A stretch of 54,424 bases of DNA from an uncultured virus (IMG/VR IMGVR_UViG_3300025728_000289) (Duplodnaviria > Heunggongvirae > Uroviricota > Caudoviricetes). The notes beneath the pieces were generated by a model, which saw only the letters and a list, made by a program, of their open reading frames with translations, was not told where the DNA came from and searched no databases. A program made the position numbers and the translations under genes. This document shows positions 49,626-54,424 of the stretch, piece by piece. Location of the stretch: IMG/VR virus record IMGVR_UViG_3300025728_000289; one strand, 5' to 3'. Positions within the stretch are counted from its first letter, which is position 1. Every line of letters starts with the position of its first letter.

Positions 49626-50333
49626 TTGATCGAAGCAGCTATGATGATAATCGTAATATTGTTCCTACCCATCATCTTTATAATAATCTATCTGGCACTG
49701 CCACATGTTGTAGATGAAAATGGCATGAGAACAGTGGACTGGCCTTTGATAGGGTCGTTCTTACAAAACGATATGCCTTGGGGATATGTCCTGTCAGGCG
49801 CCTTTGCAATTATAGTACTTGCCACTATTTTCTTTTATCGCGAAGAAATATTAGATTGGGTTATGGGCATACGGTTTCGCAAAAGAGAAGATGGGGTTCC
49901 AACACTAGATCCTTCCCAGACGGTAGTGGTACCTGATCAAAAAGAGAGTGCATTGAGTTCTCTTAAAAGATATGTATTTAGATGTAAAGGAAAAAGTGAC
50001 GATGAACAACATAAACATCTTGTCTCTTCTTTGACCAATCTGATAGACAATGCCCAAAAATGTTTGATTTTTAAGGAAGAAATAGATCATAATGATGATG
50101 CCAGAAAGGTATTCACAATACATTTAGGCAAAATCGTTGACACGTTGGAACTCTACTTGTTTATTTTAGAAAAAGATGATGCTAAGGCGACAAAATTGGC
50201 TGAAGACACTTCGAAGGTTGCGGAAATGGTCTCTAACACCCTTTATACTTTCTTGGATTCTATGACAGAGGGGTATGTACATCTAGCCGAAAATCACTTA
50301 GATGTTGTGAGAAGAATGACAAAAGATTCATAG
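49626..50333 (+). CDS. Two-TM membrane protein, paralog of 48792-49592
   Basis: Same shared motifs; RBS AGGAG. Confidence 0.65.
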   Translation: MIEAAMMIIVILFLPIIFIIIYLALPHVVDENGMRTVDWPLIGSFLQNDMPWGYVLSGAFAIIVLATIFFYREEILDWVMGIRFRKREDGVPTLDPSQTVVVPDQKESALSSLKRYVFRCKGKSDDEQHKHLVSSLTNLIDNAQKCLIFKEEIDHNDDARKVFTIHLGKIVDTLELYLFILEKDDAKATKLAEDTSKVAEMVSNTLYTFLDSMTEGYVHLAENHLDVVRRMTKDS

Positions 50334-50370
50334 ATAAAGAGGATACACAAAAATGTGTATCCTCTTTATC
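50334..50370. terminator. Bidirectional terminator
   Basis: GATAAAGAGGATACACA-AAAA-TGTGTATCCTCTTTATC. Confidence 0.75.
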
Positions 50371-50542
50371 TATTTCTTTCCATCCTCGGGTCTGATTCAC
50401 CAGTCTCATACGTATCTAACAAACGCTGAAAGTCAGATTTCTCGGGTTTGGGAGTACGTTCATATGACTTGTGGAGCGATCCATCTCTATCTTTAGGCCT
50501 TGGCCCTGCCTTGAGTACGGGCGCCACTCTCTCGATTTTCAT
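50366..50542 (-). CDS. Small hypothetical protein
   Basis: RBS GGGGGA; follows the exonuclease-like gene. Confidence 0.5.
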   Translation of the reverse strand: MKIERVAPVLKAGPRPKDRDGSLHKSYERTPKPEKSDFQRLLDTYETGESDPRMERNR

Positions 50543-50556
50543 AATCTTCAATCCCC

Positions 50557-51117
50557 CTACCATACTTTTTTAAAAAAGTCCATATCATCTTTTATAGCCA
50601 CTGCTATCTCAGATGACTTTTGTGCGATGTAGAGTGAAGATGTATCATCAAGTTCATATGCTATTTGCAAATGATCTAGTGCCTTTTTGAAGGTAGGCCG
50701 TTCTATGTCGGTTATCTTAGAGAAACGCTTTTTCAAATCCACATTTTTAGAAACCCACTTGTAGGGTTTCCCATACATCTGACAATTATACACAAAGTGT
50801 TGCTTCTCCTTGCTGCCCCAGGATATAGTTTTGACACGTCCTACACCAATCCAAGGCATAAACTCCTTCAGCATTTGCACAAAAGTGGGGGCTGCATCCA
50901 CTTGTTCTTGAGAAACACGATTCGTGGTGACACAGTAATTGCTTAATATAGGACACATACGTGGTTGCACGTAGCTGTGATATTTGGACATAAAGTTTAA
51001 TGATTGATCTAGTTTTACTGCGCCTACCTCTATTATCTCTTTGACATTACCCGAGTTATCATTCCAACGAGTTGTCTTAAGATTCCAAAAAACGTACTGC
51101 CAGTCATAGTATGCCAT
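50557..51117 (-). CDS. KapD/ERI-1-like DEDDh exonuclease fold with catalytic residues lost
   Basis: EIIEVGAVKL, SYVQP, QVDAAPTF, SWG, VDLKK; Exo I DxE reads NLK, Exo III HxAxxD reads SSLYIA. Confidence 0.75.
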   Translation of the reverse strand: MAYYDWQYVFWNLKTTRWNDNSGNVKEIIEVGAVKLDQSLNFMSKYHSYVQPRMCPILSNYCVTTNRVSQEQVDAAPTFVQMLKEFMPWIGVGRVKTISWGSKEKQHFVYNCQMYGKPYKWVSKNVDLKKRFSKITDIERPTFKKALDHLQIAYELDDTSSLYIAQKSSEIAVAIKDDMDFFKKVW

Positions 51118-51324
51118 GAAATTACCTCCTGTATGTTACATACAGCATAACATATATTCGAAGGCAGACACAATATAAGGGTATCATCTTTTTCGCAACA
51201 GCTATTTGCTAACAAAATCATGCCTTATATGCGAGTCTAGTTGAAGCGGCATTGACTAAATACTGTCAGCAATACTTGACAGGTTATCAAGTATGTAGTA
51301 TAATGAGCAGATGGAGGTGATTCT

Positions 51325-51510
51325 ATGGAAATACAAAAAAGCACAAACCTGAGATCAATTAATACGATGATGAATCAATGCTACACCAAAGGGGATGTGA
51401 AGAGAGGGGACACTTATCGCATCTTGTGGTTGGAAATGAAAGAACAAGATTTATTAGAAAAATTAGACAAGATAAGAAAAGAGAAACATATGCTACAGAC
51501 AAAGATGTAG
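51325..51510 (+). CDS. Small protein upstream of the replication gene
   Basis: Consensus promoter TTGACA-N17-TATAAT (51276-51304), RBS GGAGGTG. Confidence 0.7.
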   Translation: MEIQKSTNLRSINTMMNQCYTKGDVKRGDTYRILWLEMKEQDLLEKLDKIRKEKHMLQTKM

Positions 51511-51574
51511 CCCTAACACTCCCATAGCACTGGGGTGGTAGGGCCGAACACTGAGGTTAATCCACGATGCACTC

Positions 51575-51603
51575 ATTATACCATATAAACAAGAAATTGT
51601 CAA
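51575..51603 (-). promoter_or_regulatory. Counter-transcript promoter in the leader of the replication gene
   Basis: TTGACA-N17-TATAAT with TG on the minus strand; no minus-strand ORF served. Confidence 0.65.
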
Positions 51604-51666
51604 TTATGGTAAAGACTTAAGGGTATCTTGGATCCCCCGAAGCAATGAAACTTAAGGAGGATCTCC

Positions 51667-53976
51667 ATGAAGGATGTTGTAAATCGTTTGGGTAAACTAG
51701 TTGACATGTTTGGTGTTGTATCTTTGTTGGATCGGAACTTTACTAGTCACATTGTTTCTTCCCATGACTTTTCCAATACAAATGAGACCGATAAACTTTG
51801 TAAAGAAATTAAATCACGTGTTATAAAACTGAACAGCAACTTGGTTTTAGATAAAAAAACCGTAAAAGAAATAAATACAATCAAGAAAAATATATTGGAA
51901 GTTTACATGAAATATAAAAAGACGGAACCCCTCTCAGATTTCGAAAATGAAGCAATAAAACACTATCTGATAGAAAAGGATAACCTTCTGTCCTCTTTAA
52001 GACCTGACAATACGCTCAATGAAGACGTGCAGGTGTACTCTGAGGCAGGTAGATATTTCATATACAAATCTGAGAATAGGAAAATAAAAAAGATTCCAGT
52101 CACTAACTTCTTATTGTATCCACACAGCATAGTGATAGTAGAAAACAAGGATATACGAAAGTCACTGTATAAATTTGAAGCCGTCTCTGCCATGGATGGA
52201 AAAACCCGGACTATAATATTAACCCCAGAGGACATGGCGAGCATGGCAGAGTTTCAAAAGGCTGTTTTTAGACAAGCAAATGTAATCAAGCCGCAAATAC
52301 ATGATCTGCAGTCCCACATGCGTGGCATGGCATATGAATTAACAGAGTCCGCATGGAAGGATCTTCCACATACAGAAAAGATTGGGACTACTGTTTTAGG
52401 ATATGAACGTTTTTCAGATATGGGGGAGAAGTATATGTGCACTCCCGAAGGTGTGGTTTATAAACAAGATGGCGTTGTGGCGGAAGATGTTGTGTTTGTG
52501 GATCCATCTATCCGTATCCCAGGGGACAATTTTGTAGCCGCAGACAAATATGGAAACATGGACTACACCTTAGAAGAATGGAAAAATACCGCTCGTTTTT
52601 TACTAGAACGAGTAATGAAGTTAAATAAGAAAGATGTGATGGCGAACATAGCTGGTTGGTTTTTTGCAAATACACAAGAGTATAATATCCGTGAAATAAA
52701 CAGGGAATACCCCTTACTGCATGTAGCAGGCCCAAAATCATCAGGTAAGTCTTTGACCATAAGTTCTATCAAGTCATATTTTGGTCATGCCGACGACTCA
52801 CTTGAACACTTCCCTACGCCCCCTGTATTTGTACAGGACCTAACACTATCCTATACCTTGCCTGCTATATACGATGAGTACGGGGGATCAGATAAAAATC
52901 AAGGTTGGTCTGACTTTACATTTAATGAGATGCATAGAATAATGAAGCATGTATTTGACAAAAGCATACTGAAGAAAGCAGGCAAGGGTGAGGGTGGACA
53001 AGGAAGGTTTGTATACAAAATACGAAACAGTTTGTGTTCGATGGGGCAGACGTATATACGAGATGCTTCAATAGCATCTAGGACAACACAAGTAAATATA
53101 GACGGCTCCATAAAGGGTACAGCAGCTGGAGATCTTTCCTTAGTTGTTGCCGATGAACTCAAAAACTATAATAACAAGTCCTTTATAACAGGATATACTC
53201 TGTGGTGTATGCAACAAGATGACTCCTACGTCCAAGAACAAGTACGATATTATAAAAACTCTAATAGGAGGAGAGTGCGAGAACTGGGTTTAAAATATGA
53301 TGAACGACAACAACAAAATACCTCAGCCATACAGACAGGTTTGCATTTGGCTCGTAAGCTTGCCCTTGAATTAGGTGTAGACATTGGGTATGATGAGGAA
53401 TATATAGAAGATTTGGTAGTGAAAAATGCTGAAATAAGTGACCGATTGTTTGAGAAGACCACAGATGATGCCCTACTTGCGTTCCTACGAGATGTGTCTG
53501 TTCATATGAAGAAGTATGGTAACGCGCACTCCAGCAGTGTCATATACGGCCCCAGTGGTTTAGTAACGTATGGAAAAGGGCCAAGTAGTGAAGCTTGTGG
53601 TCAATATGGCCGAACACAAAAAAGAGATGCATGCATTTATGATCATGACTATGTCGCTATTAAGCTGAAAGACATGATTGCAATTGTCAATGCCGACATG
53701 CAAAAAAGAGGAAAAGACGCACACGATTTTGCTAGTATACAACCCTATATTGAGTCCTACTTCAATAAGGCATGCAACACCAAAGGTGACGGTTTGGTGA
53801 TCGCACCTGAGAACTACCGGTACGCGAGGAGAGAAAAGGGTTCGAGGTACCAAGGATGGTATACCCTATTCAACATGAGTGTACTGAGTGAAACAGTAAG
53901 TGAGGACTTTTCCAGCAACAGCTTCTGGAATGTGGAGACTTCTACAGATGCTGGGATAAACATAATATCTATCTAA
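51667..53976 (+). CDS. P-loop NTPase, probable replicative helicase/replication protein (DUF927/Cch-like)
   Basis: Walker A GPKSSGKS, Walker B IYDEY, ASR arginine-finger-like motif; RBS AAGGAGG. Confidence 0.6.
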   Translation: MKDVVNRLGKLVDMFGVVSLLDRNFTSHIVSSHDFSNTNETDKLCKEIKSRVIKLNSNLVLDKKTVKEINTIKKNILEVYMKYKKTEPLSDFENEAIKHYLIEKDNLLSSLRPDNTLNEDVQVYSEAGRYFIYKSENRKIKKIPVTNFLLYPHSIVIVENKDIRKSLYKFEAVSAMDGKTRTIILTPEDMASMAEFQKAVFRQANVIKPQIHDLQSHMRGMAYELTESAWKDLPHTEKIGTTVLGYERFSDMGEKYMCTPEGVVYKQDGVVAEDVVFVDPSIRIPGDNFVAADKYGNMDYTLEEWKNTARFLLERVMKLNKKDVMANIAGWFFANTQEYNIREINREYPLLHVAGPKSSGKSLTISSIKSYFGHADDSLEHFPTPPVFVQDLTLSYTLPAIYDEYGGSDKNQGWSDFTFNEMHRIMKHVFDKSILKKAGKGEGGQGRFVYKIRNSLCSMGQTYIRDASIASRTTQVNIDGSIKGTAAGDLSLVVADELKNYNNKSFITGYTLWCMQQDDSYVQEQVRYYKNSNRRRVRELGLKYDERQQQNTSAIQTGLHLARKLALELGVDIGYDEEYIEDLVVKNAEISDRLFEKTTDDALLAFLRDVSVHMKKYGNAHSSSVIYGPSGLVTYGKGPSSEACGQYGRTQKRDACIYDHDYVAIKLKDMIAIVNADMQKRGKDAHDFASIQPYIESYFNKACNTKGDGLVIAPENYRYARREKGSRYQGWYTLFNMSVLSETVSEDFSSNSFWNVETSTDAGINIISI

Positions 53977-54000
53977 GAGGAGACATGAGTCTCCTCTTTT
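53975..54000 (+). terminator. Intrinsic terminator
   Basis: AAGAGGAGAC-ATGA-GTCTCCTCTTTT. Confidence 0.75.
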
Positions 54001-54017
54001 TGTGTATACACATATGA

Positions 54018-54422
54018 TTGTCACCCCTCTTTAACAAGACCTTGTTTTCTTCGGGACCTCTCTCAAGAGTACGCTCATGTGGTTGTCACCGTTTTTTGGA
54101 AAGGTTTCGATCCACACTTTACACCCACCTACTCTGGTAGATTCTGCTGTACACAGACGTTTCGTAGAAACGGTGACATCCCAATGAGGAGTGTTGAGCA
54201 AATATCATGTAGAGGGCTGTCACCATTTCTCGGCAAGGCGTAAATGGACTAAACCGCAATGGTGTGAGTATCATAGCATAACCAGAGATCCTCTTTGACG
54301 AAATGGTGACAACTATTGTCACCATATTTGTCACCATGTGACAATACGGTCCTTAAAGGCCAAAAGCCACCTTAGAAGTGTCAAACTACATATGTAAATG
54401 GTGACAACTATTGTCACCATAT
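54018..54422. repeat. Cluster of TGTCACC/GGTGACA repeats; candidate origin or centromere-like region
   Basis: Motifs at 54019, 54084, 54172, 54218, 54305, 54317, 54329, 54400 and 54412; identical 27-mer AAATGGTGACAACTATTGTCACCATAT at 54301 and 54396. Confidence 0.75.
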
Positions 54423-54424
54423 CC

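Noticed and set aside
54119..54337. 72-aa minus-strand ORF
   Set aside because: Its MVT repeats are a by-product of the TGTCACC DNA repeats
1..54424. Prophage structural module, integrase, relaxase/oriT, tRNA or rRNA
   Set aside because: No recognisable motifs in this window; they may lie outside it

Overview
About 54 kb of a large, AT-rich mobile element from a Bacillota host. Bacillales/Paenibacillus-like is inferred from sigma-A promoters, an SLH protein, TelA and KapD-like genes. No virion genes, rRNA, tRNA or CRISPR array were seen. There are four modules. (1) 1-10.7 kb: phage-type replication and nucleotide metabolism, with family A DNA polymerase, RuvC-like resolvase, a PurZ-type (Ser-for-Asp) adenylosuccinate synthetase homologue, an intein-containing C5 methyltransferase, Tmk- and Adk-like kinases and an NDT-dUTPase fusion. 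(2) 10.9-33.2 kb: a Gram-positive conjugative T4SS (TcpC/VirB2/TcpE/VirB4/VirB6/CwlT-like) followed by a Tad/Flp pilus cluster. (3) 33.3-51.1 kb: accessory genes, including SLH, XpaC/TelA, a nuclease-dead TnpB derivative, CheY, signal peptidase, an HD nucleotidase, an unannotated ArfA-like ORF and a dead KapD-like exonuclease, plus several ORF-less promoter-terminator units (candidate sRNAs). (4) 51.3-54.4 kb: a helicase-like replication gene followed by iteron-like TGTCACC repeats. The top leads are a 2-aminoadenine (Z-base) biosynthesis gene set on a conjugative element, an ArfA-like rescue factor encoded on a predicted non-stop mRNA, a TldR-like dead TnpB, and a trans-acting sRNA predicted to cover the SLH gene RBS. 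All family assignments come from motif recognition by eye and recalled reference sequences; no database search was run.
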